A program made the position numbers and the translations under genes. The notes beneath the pieces are model-generated. The model was not told the DNA's origin. It worked only from the letters and a program-made list of their open reading frames with translations, and did no database searches. From sequence record SRR20825019_2783: a DNA stretch of 64,000 nt; one strand, written 5' to 3'. Below, in pieces: positions 29,773-39,345 of this stretch. Every line of letters begins with the position of its first letter. Position 1 is the stretch's first letter.

Positions 29773-30632
29773 AACACCTTATCGAGATTGGCAAAACCGG
29801 TCTGACCACATTTATGACCGGCGAGATGGCAGGCCTGTTCCAGTGCATCCTGAGCGGTCTGACCGTTGACCAGCGCTGAAATCAGGCCGGCATTAAAAGT
29901 ATCGCCGGCACCCAAAGTATCGACTACCTGTGGCGGCGGGAACGCAGGGCTGTGGATGATAAGCCCGTCATGTTTCAGCCAGGCCCCCTCGCTACCCCAG
30001 CTGCAGGTCATCAGGGCCTTCTGGCTGAGGCTATCAAGAAAAGCCTCCGCCCGCTGAAACCCGCGGCTTTCAGCATAGGGTCTGGAAAACATCAGTACAT
30101 CCGCCAGATCAAACAAAGACTCAATGCCTTGTCGCGGTTTTTCCACTTCCAGCGAGCAGCGCAGGGTCGGATAGTTCAGCTTGGTCCACTGCAGCATCTG
30201 CGACAGCGCATCAATATTACGGCCTTCGAAATGCAGCCAGTCAAAACCGGACAGATCCAGCTGACTGAAATGAGCAAACGGCAGTTCCGGACAGTCCCGG
30301 TAATGCACAATACTGCGGCTGCCGGTGGCTTCGCTGAGGGTGATATAGGAAGTCGGCATTTTGCCCTGACTCAGACGCTGACAGTGTTGGTAGTCGATTT
30401 GATAACGCTGAAGATCCTGCTCGACAATCGCGGCATCGGCCTCATTTATCAGCACGCCAGTCCAATGGCAGTCATGTTTCAGCTGACTCAAGACCACCAG
30501 GGTGTTGGTGGCATTACCGCCCCGTACCTGCTGCTGGGACAGGGCACGCAGCTCATCATCTTCAGCCGGGTAGTGGCTGACATGATTAATGATATCGATA
30601 GTGGCAATGCCGATGCCGAGAATACGTGCCAT
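29769..30632 (-). CDS. PfkB family carbohydrate kinase, ketohexokinase-like
   Basis: RGGNATN, WLHFEGRN, EVEKPR, VVDTLGAGDTFNAG. Confidence 0.88.
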   Translation of the reverse strand: MARILGIGIATIDIINHVSHYPAEDDELRALSQQQVRGGNATNTLVVLSQLKHDCHWTGVLINEADAAIVEQDLQRYQIDYQHCQRLSQGKMPTSYITLSEATGSRSIVHYRDCPELPFAHFSQLDLSGFDWLHFEGRNIDALSQMLQWTKLNYPTLRCSLEVEKPRQGIESLFDLADVLMFSRPYAESRGFQRAEAFLDSLSQKALMTCSWGSEGAWLKHDGLIIHSPAFPPPQVVDTLGAGDTFNAGLISALVNGQTAQDALEQACHLAGHKCGQTGFANLDKVL

Positions 30633-30636
30633 AGGG

Positions 30637-30668
30637 AAAATAACCGGCTCACAGGGGAGCCGGTTTTT
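30637..30668 (-). terminator. Hairpin/terminator downstream of adk
   Basis: AACCGGCTC (30642-30650) / GAGCCGGTT (30657-30665) with A/T flanks on both sides. Confidence 0.65.
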
Positions 30669-30674
30669 AATGCT

Positions 30675-31322
30675 TTAGATTTCGTCGAATACGGCACCGA
30701 CTTTGTTGGTGATAGTGTCAATATCACCGGTGCCGGGAATCGTATGCAACTTGTTTTGTTGCTGGTAGTAACCGATCAGCGGTGCGGTCTGTTCTTCGTA
30801 GACTTTAAGACGGTTGGCAATGGTTTCTTCATTGTCGTCTTCACGTTGGAACAGTTCACCACCACAGCGATCACAATGACCTTCGGTTTTCGGTGGTGAC
30901 AGGTGAATATTATAGATGGCACCACAGTCTTTACAGGTACGGCGACCGGTCAGACGTTGCATCAGTTCATCAAAAGGCACGTCCAGCAGCACGACACCTT
31001 GCAGGGGCTGGTCCAGTTGTTCCAGCATTTCATCCAATGCCTCTGCCTGGGCAATATTGCGGGGGAAACCGTCCAGAATATAACCGTTCTGGGCATCCTT
31101 TTCGGACAGGCGCTCACGGATCAGGCCGATAACGATATCGTCGGAGACCAGCGCACCGGCGTCCATCGCGCTTTTGGCTTTTTTACCCAGTTCTGTGCCG
31201 GCCTTGACCGCTGCGCGTAGCAAGTCACCGGTGGAGATTTGCGGGATATTAAACTTCTTGGAAAGGACGACACCTTGGGTGCCTTTACCGGAGCCGGGGG
31301 CGCCGAGAAGAACCGTTCTCAT
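30675..31322 (-). CDS. adk: Adenylate kinase (zinc-finger LID type)
   Basis: GAPGSGKGT, STGDLLR, LDGFPR; LID CKDC-x16-CDRC. Confidence 0.96.
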   Translation of the reverse strand: MRTVLLGAPGSGKGTQGVVLSKKFNIPQISTGDLLRAAVKAGTELGKKAKSAMDAGALVSDDIVIGLIRERLSEKDAQNGYILDGFPRNIAQAEALDEMLEQLDQPLQGVVLLDVPFDELMQRLTGRRTCKDCGAIYNIHLSPPKTEGHCDRCGGELFQREDDNEETIANRLKVYEEQTAPLIGYYQQQNKLHTIPGTGDIDTITNKVGAVFDEI

Positions 31323-31357
31323 TGTTAGCCTCTTATTTTATTTCATTATTAACAGAA

Positions 31358-32215
31358 TCAGGATTCGTCCTGTGTCAGCATCACAGAACTCAGGCGGTCG
31401 ATTTGTTCGGACACCTGTTGTAACAGCAGCGGCATCTGCAGTTCGTTGAGTGCCAGCAGCTCCCAGGCAGCCGGCTCCAGCGGCGGGACGTGATTATCAC
31501 CGCTGTGACCGAATGGCACCGCCGATACCAGGATATCGGCAACATGGACGATAGCCACGTCAATCGGAAAATCTTCGGCTTCCATTGGGCGGTGATGGTA
31601 GCGCGCCACTTCCTGCAGCGAATGAGGCAGATGCCATTGACGGGCCAGTGCGTATCCGACTTCAGTATGATCAAAACCGATAATGCGCTGCTCGGCCAGG
31701 AATTGTACTTCATGGCCGAATTCGGCGCTGCGGATGGCTTCAGCGGCGAGTTCCGGCATCGACTGGTAAAGCACCAGACTGCCGATATTATGCAACAGGC
31801 CGGCGATGAAAAAACGTTCCGTTGCCTTCTGGCCGCATTCTTCCGCCAGCAATCTGGCAGTGATGGCAGTGGCAAAACTGTGCCGCCAGAAATCATCCAT
31901 ATCGATTAAGGATGTGGGAATGCCGCGGAAGGCATTGATGACCGATGTGGCCAGAACCAGATGCATTAATTCACGGGTACCGACAATGGTAATGGCACGG
32001 GAAATCGTATTGATTTGCGACGGGAAGCCGTAAAACGGACTGTTGACGATCTTCAGCAAACGCGTCGCCAGTGCCGGGTCGGTGTTAATGACGGCACTGA
32101 TATCATCAAGTGCGCTGTCCGGGTCCTGGATCAGTTTATTGAGCTGCAGATAAGTGCTGGGAGGCGAGACCAGTTCCAGCGATTTATTGACCAGTGCTTC
32201 AGGTGTCAGGCTCAT
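31358..32215 (-). CDS. HDOD domain protein
   Basis: DPALATRLLKIVNSPFY, FWRHS, GLLHNIG, WHLP; ATG at 32215 overlaps upstream stop (TGATG). Confidence 0.9.
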   Translation of the reverse strand: MSLTPEALVNKSLELVSPPSTYLQLNKLIQDPDSALDDISAVINTDPALATRLLKIVNSPFYGFPSQINTISRAITIVGTRELMHLVLATSVINAFRGIPTSLIDMDDFWRHSFATAITARLLAEECGQKATERFFIAGLLHNIGSLVLYQSMPELAAEAIRSAEFGHEVQFLAEQRIIGFDHTEVGYALARQWHLPHSLQEVARYHHRPMEAEDFPIDVAIVHVADILVSAVPFGHSGDNHVPPLEPAAWELLALNELQMPLLLQQVSEQIDRLSSVMLTQDES

Positions 32216-32352
32216 CAATGCTGCTCCGGCTGTTTTTTGGCGGGCAATTGCATTTGGAACAGCACCTGCATCAGTGGATGATTCAGATCCACATAGCGAA
32301 ACCGTTCTTCGCGTTTTTTGAGTTCTTCTTCTGACAGTGGCGGCTGACTCAT
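32215..32352 (-). CDS. Small 45-aa hypothetical protein (not in ORF track)
   Basis: MSQPPLSEEELKKREERFRYVDLNHPLMQVLFQMQLPAKKQPEQH*; ATGA overlap with the S49 gene stop and TGATG overlap with the HDOD start. Confidence 0.7.
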   Translation of the reverse strand: MSQPPLSEEELKKREERFRYVDLNHPLMQVLFQMQLPAKKQPEQH

Positions 32353-33359
32353 CGCAGACTCCAGTTGGCTTTTTCGGTCATCAGATTAGCAATTGATGTG
32401 CCGAGTCTACCAGCGAACTGATCCAGATAGTTGGGGCGCGGCGTGTAATCAATCACTTCTTCAGCACCAACCAGGTCTCGGGCAACTTTACCGGTACCGG
32501 CAAAGCCGTCAATCAGACCCAGCTCTATCGCCTGCTCGCCGGACCAGAACAGGCCGGAGAACAAGTCATCAGTGTTGGCGAGTTTATCACCGCGACCTTG
32601 CTTGACGACATTAATGAACTGCTGATGAATGGTATCCAGCATTTGTTGCGCATGTTCGATATCTTCCTGCTGCATTGGCAGGAACGGATCAAGGAAAGCT
32701 TTATGCTCACCGGCGGTCAGCGAACGTCGTTCGACACCGATTTTATCGATAAGGCCAGTCAGGCCGAAACTGTCCATACGGACACCGATTGAACCCACGA
32801 TACTGGCTTTATCGGCATAAATTTCATCGGCGGCCACGGCAATATAGTAACCACCCGAGGCACAGACATCCTGCACCACGGCATAGACCGGGAAGTCAGG
32901 TCGTGCTGCCCGCAAGCGCTGAATTTCGTCATTGATAAGGCCAGCCTGGACAGGACTGCCTCCGGGTGTGTTGAGTCGCAGAATTAAGCCTTTAGCGGTT
33001 TCACTTTCGAAGGCATCCCGGATACCGGTGATCATGGCGTCAGCATTGGCCTCAGCATCAGCAGCGATAATGCCCTGGATATCGACCATTGCCGTATGGG
33101 GTTCGGCGACGGTGGCCAGTTTGCCGGGTGAGTAGACCAGCACCATGAAGCCGACCAGATAGAGCAGAATCAAGCCTTTGAAAACATAGCCCCAGCGGCG
33201 TTTTGCACGCTGTTCCTTGATGGCGGCAAAAGCCAGATCCCTCAGAACATCGCGCTCCCATTGGCTGTCATCGGCTGTATTGCGGGGCTTGTTATCGCCA
33301 TTGTCGGGCGGGAAGTCTCCAAATGTCGCCATCTTTTTCTGCCTTGAATCAAAATTCAC
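32349..33359 (-). CDS. S49 family peptidase (SppA-like)
   Basis: LRLNTPGGS, CASGGYYIA, SIVGSIGV; real start possibly ATG 33332. Confidence 0.9.
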   Translation of the reverse strand: MNFDSRQKKMATFGDFPPDNGDNKPRNTADDSQWERDVLRDLAFAAIKEQRAKRRWGYVFKGLILLYLVGFMVLVYSPGKLATVAEPHTAMVDIQGIIAADAEANADAMITGIRDAFESETAKGLILRLNTPGGSPVQAGLINDEIQRLRAARPDFPVYAVVQDVCASGGYYIAVAADEIYADKASIVGSIGVRMDSFGLTGLIDKIGVERRSLTAGEHKAFLDPFLPMQQEDIEHAQQMLDTIHQQFINVVKQGRGDKLANTDDLFSGLFWSGEQAIELGLIDGFAGTGKVARDLVGAEEVIDYTPRPNYLDQFAGRLGTSIANLMTEKANWSLR

Positions 33360-33371
33360 ATGATATCAGAA

Positions 33372-34028
33372 CTATTTTGCAGTGCGGCGCAACCATTGCT
33401 CGGCTTGATAGAGATCATGCACAATCGCCTGGGGAGCACAGGCAGACAATTTGGCTTCATCATGGGCACCGTGTGTAATACCAAGGCCATGAGCACCGGC
33501 ATTACTGGCCATCATTAAATCGAATTCTGTATCTCCGATCATAATGGCCTGGTCCGCGGTGACGCCGGTGTAGTCCATTAATTCCATCAACATCTGCGGG
33601 TGCGGTTTAGAGTGGCATTCATCGGCACAACGGGTGGCAATGAAATGGTCAGCAAGACCGGTGGCCTTAAGCACTTTATCCAGCCCGCGGCGACCCTTGC
33701 CGGTTGCCACACCAAGTAAAATATCCTGTTCCGCCAGCGCCGTCAGCAATTCGCGGGCATTGGCAAACAGCGGGGTTTCTTCCGGGCTGCTGAGCCAGGT
33801 CTGCCGGTAACAGTCAGCGAGACTGGTCCAAAGCACATCGTTTCCAGTGGGATACAGTGTCTGTACTGCTTCGTGCAGTCCCAGGCCGATGATATGACTG
33901 ATTTCATGATCGGCCAGCGGCGCCAACTCCAGTTTGGTAATGGCCTGACGCATACAGTTGACGATATGACCGGTGGAATCCATCAGGGTCCCGTCCCAGT
34001 CGAAAATAATCAGTTGATATTGACTCAT
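33372..34028 (-). CDS. HAD-IA hydrolase (phosphoglycolate phosphatase-like)
   Basis: FDWDGTLMDS, ATGK, SKPHP, IGDTEFD. Confidence 0.9.
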   Translation of the reverse strand: MSQYQLIIFDWDGTLMDSTGHIVNCMRQAITKLELAPLADHEISHIIGLGLHEAVQTLYPTGNDVLWTSLADCYRQTWLSSPEETPLFANARELLTALAEQDILLGVATGKGRRGLDKVLKATGLADHFIATRCADECHSKPHPQMLMELMDYTGVTADQAIMIGDTEFDLMMASNAGAHGLGITHGAHDEAKLSACAPQAIVHDLYQAEQWLRRTAK

Positions 34029-34981
34029 GTGGCTTGCAGATTGTCTATGACGGTTTTCAGGTTGTCTGGCAGCGGTGCTTCCAGCTGGAGAAGCTCACCG
34101 CTGAGCGGGTGTTTAATGCCCAGCCGCCAGGCATGCAGAAACAGACGCTTGAGACCGAAGTTTTTCAGCGTCTTGTTGAATTCGCGATCGCCGTATTTTT
34201 CATCGCCGGCGACCGGGTGACCTAGCCAGGCAGCATGCACTCGAATCTGATGCGTTCGTCCAGTGAAGAGTTTGACTTCGGTCAGTTGTGCCTGAGGTAG
34301 CACCTGTCGCTGTAGAAACAGGGTTTTGGCTTTTTTGCCAAGCGGATCGACGGCAACCATGCGCTCTCCCGATGACAGGGTATTTTTCTGCAAAGGCTGC
34401 TCGACCAGTTGTTCCTGGTTATTCAATCTGCCTTTGAGCAGGGTCAGGTAACGTTTGTCGATAGCATCAGACAGCATCTGTTGTTGCAGGTTCAGCAGAC
34501 TTTCGCGGCTTTTGGCCAGCATCAGGCAGCCTGAGGTATCACGATCCAGCCGGTGCACCAATTCCAGAAAAGACTGCGCCGGTTTGATAACCCTGAGTGC
34601 CTCAATCACTCCCAGCTGAATCTGGCTGCCGGCATGCACCGCAAGCCCGGAGGGTTTGTTAATGACCAGCATGCTGTCATCTTCAAACAGAATACTTGCC
34701 AGCAGTGTTTCTCTCAGCGAGTCACTGATACTGTCCGGGGCTTTTTTCTCAGTGACCCGCAGCGGCGGTACCCGTACTACATCCCCGGATTGCAGTTTAT
34801 AGGTTTGTTTGATTCGGCCTTTATTGACCCGCACTTCGCCCTTGCGCAGAGCGCGGTAGATACGGCTTTTGGGTACGCCTTTTTCGAGGCTGAGCAGGAA
34901 ATTATCAATGCGCTGTCCAGCCTGGTTGGCATTGACTTCGATAAACTGAACTTTTTGCGACTGTGGTTTGTGAGCGGTCAT
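34025..34981 (-). CDS. rluC: 23S rRNA pseudouridine(955/2504/2580) synthase
   Basis: S4 domain GQRIDNFL...RKGEVRVN, NKPSG, HRLDRDTSG, TGRTHQIRVH; divergent from rne as usual. Start uncertain (34981 to 35020). Confidence 0.93.
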   Translation of the reverse strand: MTAHKPQSQKVQFIEVNANQAGQRIDNFLLSLEKGVPKSRIYRALRKGEVRVNKGRIKQTYKLQSGDVVRVPPLRVTEKKAPDSISDSLRETLLASILFEDDSMLVINKPSGLAVHAGSQIQLGVIEALRVIKPAQSFLELVHRLDRDTSGCLMLAKSRESLLNLQQQMLSDAIDKRYLTLLKGRLNNQEQLVEQPLQKNTLSSGERMVAVDPLGKKAKTLFLQRQVLPQAQLTEVKLFTGRTHQIRVHAAWLGHPVAGDEKYGDREFNKTLKNFGLKRLFLHAWRLGIKHPLSGELLQLEAPLPDNLKTVIDNLQAT

Positions 34982-35020
34982 GATGGAATTTCTGTCAGAG
35001 TTGTCGCTGTCCTCAGCCAC

Positions 35021-35672
35021 GACTTTTTGCCAGCGACGAGGGGAAATTTTATGATAACTGTATTCTACAGAATGACAGTCAACAAAACCGGTCTAAAAAC
35101 AGCCTTAAGCGCTTGCGGATGATGCCTGCATCTTCAGCCGGACGGTGTCTGTCAAATTAGCAGTTGCTGTGCGGACAAGAGGCTGCTATATTCGACCGTT
35201 GGTCCGTGTGTAAAATGAGCTCAGTATACTGACTTCGGCCACGAAGACCAATATTGCGTCGCTCCCTCCATATAAGGTTGATGCGGCGCCCGGAAAAGAA
35301 ATATGAATCAGCTGAACAGGGGTTCAGCAGGTGGACTCATCGGAGTCCGTGAAGAACATCAGGTTCCCATGTCTTGATTGCCATCAGAAAGAAATAGAAA
35401 GGCGCAACAGACAAGACGACATAAGTAATTAATTTACGACTCGACGGTTTCAGATTTAACCGCGAACGACAGCGATATCGCAGAACCCTATTGCGATCGA
35501 CAAACAATTGAATCGGAATATCATGGCCTGACGGAGGGCACATGAATGAAAAATAACACCAAAAATTAATTACTGACACAGACAAAGTCGCTCTGTCGGC
35601 CCAATTGGCCCAGCGTCCACATCAAGTGGTGTGCGGCAGGACATGCCGGAACCTCAAATTTGAGGTTAATGC
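35021..35672 (+). promoter_or_regulatory. Long rluC-rne intergenic region, probable rne promoter and long 5' UTR
   Basis: ~650 nt with no credible ORF; rne is known to have a long autoregulatory 5' UTR in E. coli. Confidence 0.5.
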
Positions 35673-38159
35673 ATGAAACGAATTTTAATTAACGCAACCC
35701 ATTCAGAAGAGTTGCGTGTGGCAATGGTCGATGGCCAGCGCCTGTTTGACTTGGATATCGATACCCCTTCAAGGGAACAGAAAAAAGGCAACATCTACAA
35801 AGGTAAAATTACCCGGGTAGAGCCCAGTCTCGAAGCCGTATTTGTTGATTACGGTTCAGAACGTCAGGGTTTTTTGCCGCTGAAGGAAATTTCTAAAACT
35901 TATTTCAAGAAGCGTGATGGCGGTGACGATAGTGGCCGCATCAATGTGCAGGATGTGCTTTCTGTCGGCCAGGAACTGGTCGTACAAATCGAGAAAGAAG
36001 AACGCGGTAACAAAGGCGCTGCACTGACTACCTTTATCAGTCTGGCGGGCCGTTATCTGGTCCTGATGCCAAACAGCCCGCGCGCGGGGGGAATTTCACG
36101 CCGTATCGAAGGCGATGATCGTGCCGAGTTGCAGGAGACCCTGCGCCATCTGGAAGTGCCCGATGATATGGGCATGATCGTGCGCACGGCTGGTGTCGGC
36201 AAACAACCGGAAGAACTGCAGTGGGATCTGGAATACCTGCTGCAATTGTGGACCGCGATTGATGTTGCCACCAAGGATCGCAGCGCGCCGTTTCTGGTCT
36301 ATCAGGAAAGCAACATCATCATCCGTGCACTGCGTGACTATCTGCGTAAAGATATCGGTGAAATCCTGGTGGACTCACCAGAGGTGTACCAGACCGGCTA
36401 CGATTTCATGCGCATGGTCATGCCGCATGAACTGAGCAAATTCAAGCTCTATCAGGACCGGGTGCCACTGTTTACCCGCTATCAGGTGGAAAGCCAGATT
36501 GAGAGCGCTTTCCGTCATGAAGTCAGACTGCCTTCCGGTGGCGCGCTCGTTATTGACCCGACTGAAGCCCTGATTTCTATTGACGTCAACTCGGCCCGCG
36601 CCAACAAAGGCGGTGATATCGAAGAGACCGCGCTGAACACCAACCTGGAAGCGGCCGAAGAAATCGCCCGTCAGCTGCGATTACGTGATCTGGGCGGTCT
36701 GGTGGTTATCGACTTTATTGACATGGGCCCGAGTCGCAATCAGCGTGAAGTGGAAAACCGTCTGCGCGATCATCTCAAAGCTGATCGTGCCCGGGTGCAG
36801 GTAGGTCGTATTTCCCGTTTCGGTCTGTTGGAAATGTCCCGACAACGGTTGCGTCCTGCACTGGGAGAAGCGCATCAGGAGATTTGCCCGCGCTGTGCTG
36901 GTCTTGGCCATGTTCGTGGTGTTGAATCTCTTGGCCTTGCTGTGCTGCGCCTGGTTGAGGAAGAAGCCACTAAAGACAAAATTACCCAGCTGGTAGTACA
37001 ACTGCCGGTACCGGTAGCGACTTTTATTCTCAATGACAAACGGATGCAGATCGAGGCGATCGAACAGCGTCACAACGTTAAGATTGTGCTGATTCCAAAC
37101 CCGCATATGGAAACGCCGCACTATGATATTGAGCGTATCAAGGACGGCGATGTCCGTCAGCAGGTGAGTCATGAGATGATCACTGCACCGGAGCTGGAAA
37201 CTCCCGTGGTGCTGCGAGACAAACCGACGATGGAACAACCGGCTGTTACCGGAATCTCACCGGCGGCCCCGGCGCCTGTGCTCACGCGTGAAAAGGAAGA
37301 GCAGCAGAAACCGAGCTTGCTCAAACGATTGCTGAACGTACTGACAGGTAAGCCTGAAGTGGAAGAAGACGACAAAACTAAAGACAAAAAGCCGGAACAG
37401 GAAAAAACCGGCCGTCCCCAGAACCGTAATGCGAACCGTGGCAGCCGAGGTGGCAGTGAGCGTCGCAAACCTCGTCGTCGTCCTGAAAATCAGGGAAGTG
37501 CTGACGACAGCAAGAAGTCTGAGGATAAGAAAACAGTCACTGAAAGCAACAAGCCGCAGGCTGAGGGTGATGATAATGGCAAGCCGCGTAACAATGGTCG
37601 CCGTTCTCGTCGTGGCGGTCGCCGTCGTCGGTCACGTCCTGAGACAGCTGATCAGGCGATCAGGCAGGAGCAGGAGAAAGGTAACGTTCCCCCTGAACCG
37701 CAACCTGACATCAATGGCAATGCAATCCCTCAGGCTGAACCGGAAGTGAACGGTAACCAGATCAAGCAGGACAAGGAACCGGAAATCGACGGTAATAAAG
37801 TGCCTGCCAGCAAGCCCAAGCGTACGCGCTCATCTTCTGGTGGCAGCACTAACCGCCGTCGCCGCACTGGTGAAAGCAAAGCCACCACTGCCGGCTCGGA
37901 TGACAACAAGACTCAGTCAGCGTCAACGGATAGCAAGCCTGCAGCCGAAGGCAAACAGGACAAACCAGCCACAGCAAAGCAGGACAATGCTTCGTCATCT
38001 GATGACAATAAGAAGACACCACCTGCAAAAGAGAAAGCTGAGCGCAAACCGCGCAGTACAGGTGTAGAAAAAAACACCGCATCGGATGATAATGGCAAGG
38101 AAGAGAAATCCAAGGCTAAACCCGAAGCGAGTGCAACTTCTCATGAACAGGAAAAGTGA
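35673..38159 (+). CDS. rne: Ribonuclease E
   Basis: [10 protein letters not shown]1 domain, IDVNS, VIDFIDM, Zn-link CPRC, amphipathic LLKRLLNVL, disordered Arg-rich CTD. Confidence 0.97.
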   Translation: MKRILINATHSEELRVAMVDGQRLFDLDIDTPSREQKKGNIYKGKITRVEPSLEAVFVDYGSERQGFLPLKEISKTYFKKRDGGDDSGRINVQDVLSVGQELVVQIEKEERGNKGAALTTFISLAGRYLVLMPNSPRAGGISRRIEGDDRAELQETLRHLEVPDDMGMIVRTAGVGKQPEELQWDLEYLLQLWTAIDVATKDRSAPFLVYQESNIIIRALRDYLRKDIGEILVDSPEVYQTGYDFMRMVMPHELSKFKLYQDRVPLFTRYQVESQIESAFRHEVRLPSGGALVIDPTEALISIDVNSARANKGGDIEETALNTNLEAAEEIARQLRLRDLGGLVVIDFIDMGPSRNQREVENRLRDHLKADRARVQVGRISRFGLLEMSRQRLRPALGEAHQEICPRCAGLGHVRGVESLGLAVLRLVEEEATKDKITQLVVQLPVPVATFILNDKRMQIEAIEQRHNVKIVLIPNPHMETPHYDIERIKDGDVRQQVSHEMITAPELETPVVLRDKPTMEQPAVTGISPAAPAPVLTREKEEQQKPSLLKRLLNVLTGKPEVEEDDKTKDKKPEQEKTGRPQNRNANRGSRGGSERRKPRRRPENQGSADDSKKSEDKKTVTESNKPQAEGDDNGKPRNNGRRSRRGGRRRRSRPETADQAIRQEQEKGNVPPEPQPDINGNAIPQAEPEVNGNQIKQDKEPEIDGNKVPASKPKRTRSSSGGSTNRRRRTGESKATTAGSDDNKTQSASTDSKPAAEGKQDKPATAKQDNASSSDDNKKTPPAKEKAERKPRSTGVEKNTASDDNGKEEKSKAKPEASATSHEQEK

Positions 38160-38436
38160 TATTCCCTGTGAAAATCTGCTGGCCTTAATCGGCCAGCAGG
38201 TCACTTATCATCAGCATCGCTGTGAAATAATCGAGTTGCTGGATGGTTGTCAGCTGGTGCTTCAGGTACTGGAGAATGACCATGATATTCAGGCCACTCA
38301 GTATGGTGAAGGGCACCGCACGGTACCAGTGACGTATACTTTGCCGGTATTTGATGGCGAGGGTAATCTGCACGCCGAGCTGGTAGCTGCCGGCCTAGAT
38401 CAGTTACTCAGCCAGTATCTCTCTGACCGCGATTAA
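38143..38436 (+). CDS. Hypothetical protein (97 aa)
   Basis: ATG overlapping the rne 3' end; globular-looking sequence [19 protein letters not shown]...[11 protein letters not shown]. Confidence 0.6.
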   Translation: MNRKSDIPCENLLALIGQQVTYHQHRCEIIELLDGCQLVLQVLENDHDIQATQYGEGHRTVPVTYTLPVFDGEGNLHAELVAAGLDQLLSQYLSDRD

Positions 38437-39159
38437 GTCGGCTTCGGTATCAACACCATGGCCGGCACTGATCAGCGCTTCGGTCATATGAATCTTCTTC
38501 CCATGGAATAAAGCGCGTAACTGTTCCAGGGATTCTTCTGTTTCCAGCAGACAGGGCGTCAGCTCGGCATAATGCTTGAGAAACGAGGCACGGTAACCAT
38601 ACAGGCCGATATGCCGATAATGCGGCAGGTCCGGTGGTAGGGCCGATCCGGTATTGAAGTGATCGCGCATCCAGGGAATTGGCGCCCGGCTGAAATACAG
38701 CGCATAGCCGTTACCATCCATCACCACTTTGACTACATTCGGATCGAAAACCTGTTTTTCCTGTTTGATACGACTAAACAGCGAGGCCATATCGGCCTCT
38801 GTATGCTGTGCCAGATCAGCTGCGACCTGGTTGATCAGCAGTGCAGGCAGGCAGGGCTCATCGCCCTGTACGTTGATGACGATATCGTCATCGGCAAAGG
38901 CCCGGCTTTGAGTGACTTCAGCCAGGCGGTCGGTACCGGAGCGATGTTGATCAGAGGTCAGGCAGACATCGGCACCGAATTCTGCAGCAGCATCAGCAAT
39001 CCGCGCATCGTCGGTGGCGATAATGACCGCTGCCGCATCACTTTCACAGGCGCGGTCATAAACATGCTGAATCATCGGTTTGCCAGCGATATCCAGCAAA
39101 GGTTTACCTGGCAGGCGGCTCGACGCATAACGGGCCGGAATCACGATTTTAAAACTCAT
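38404..39159 (-). CDS. kdsB: 3-deoxy-manno-octulosonate cytidylyltransferase
   Basis: IPARYASSRLPGKPL, SGTDR, NVQGDEP, LYFSRAPIP, LEQLRAL. Confidence 0.96.
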   Translation of the reverse strand: MSFKIVIPARYASSRLPGKPLLDIAGKPMIQHVYDRACESDAAAVIIATDDARIADAAAEFGADVCLTSDQHRSGTDRLAEVTQSRAFADDDIVINVQGDEPCLPALLINQVAADLAQHTEADMASLFSRIKQEKQVFDPNVVKVVMDGNGYALYFSRAPIPWMRDHFNTGSALPPDLPHYRHIGLYGYRASFLKHYAELTPCLLETEESLEQLRALFHGKKIHMTEALISAGHGVDTEADLIAVREILAE

Positions 39160-39165
39160 TCAGGC

Positions 39166-39345
39166 TTAAATCTCTTCGTCTGCGGCCAGTTCACGGGCTT
39201 CTTCGGTCAGCATCACCGGAATATCATCGCGGATAGGATAAGCAAGCCGGCAGCCACGACAGACCAGTTCTTGACGGTCTTTGTTGTAATGCAGGCTACT
39301 TTTGCAGGCGGGACAGGCCAGAATTTCCAGTAAGGCATTATCCAT
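39166..39345 (-). CDS. ycaR: Trm112 family protein YcaR (59 aa, not in ORF track)
   Basis: [18 protein letters not shown]...[20 protein letters not shown]; canonical lpxK-ycaR-kdsB position. Confidence 0.92.
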   Translation of the reverse strand: MDNALLEILACPACKSSLHYNKDRQELVCRGCRLAYPIRDDIPVMLTEEARELAADEEI

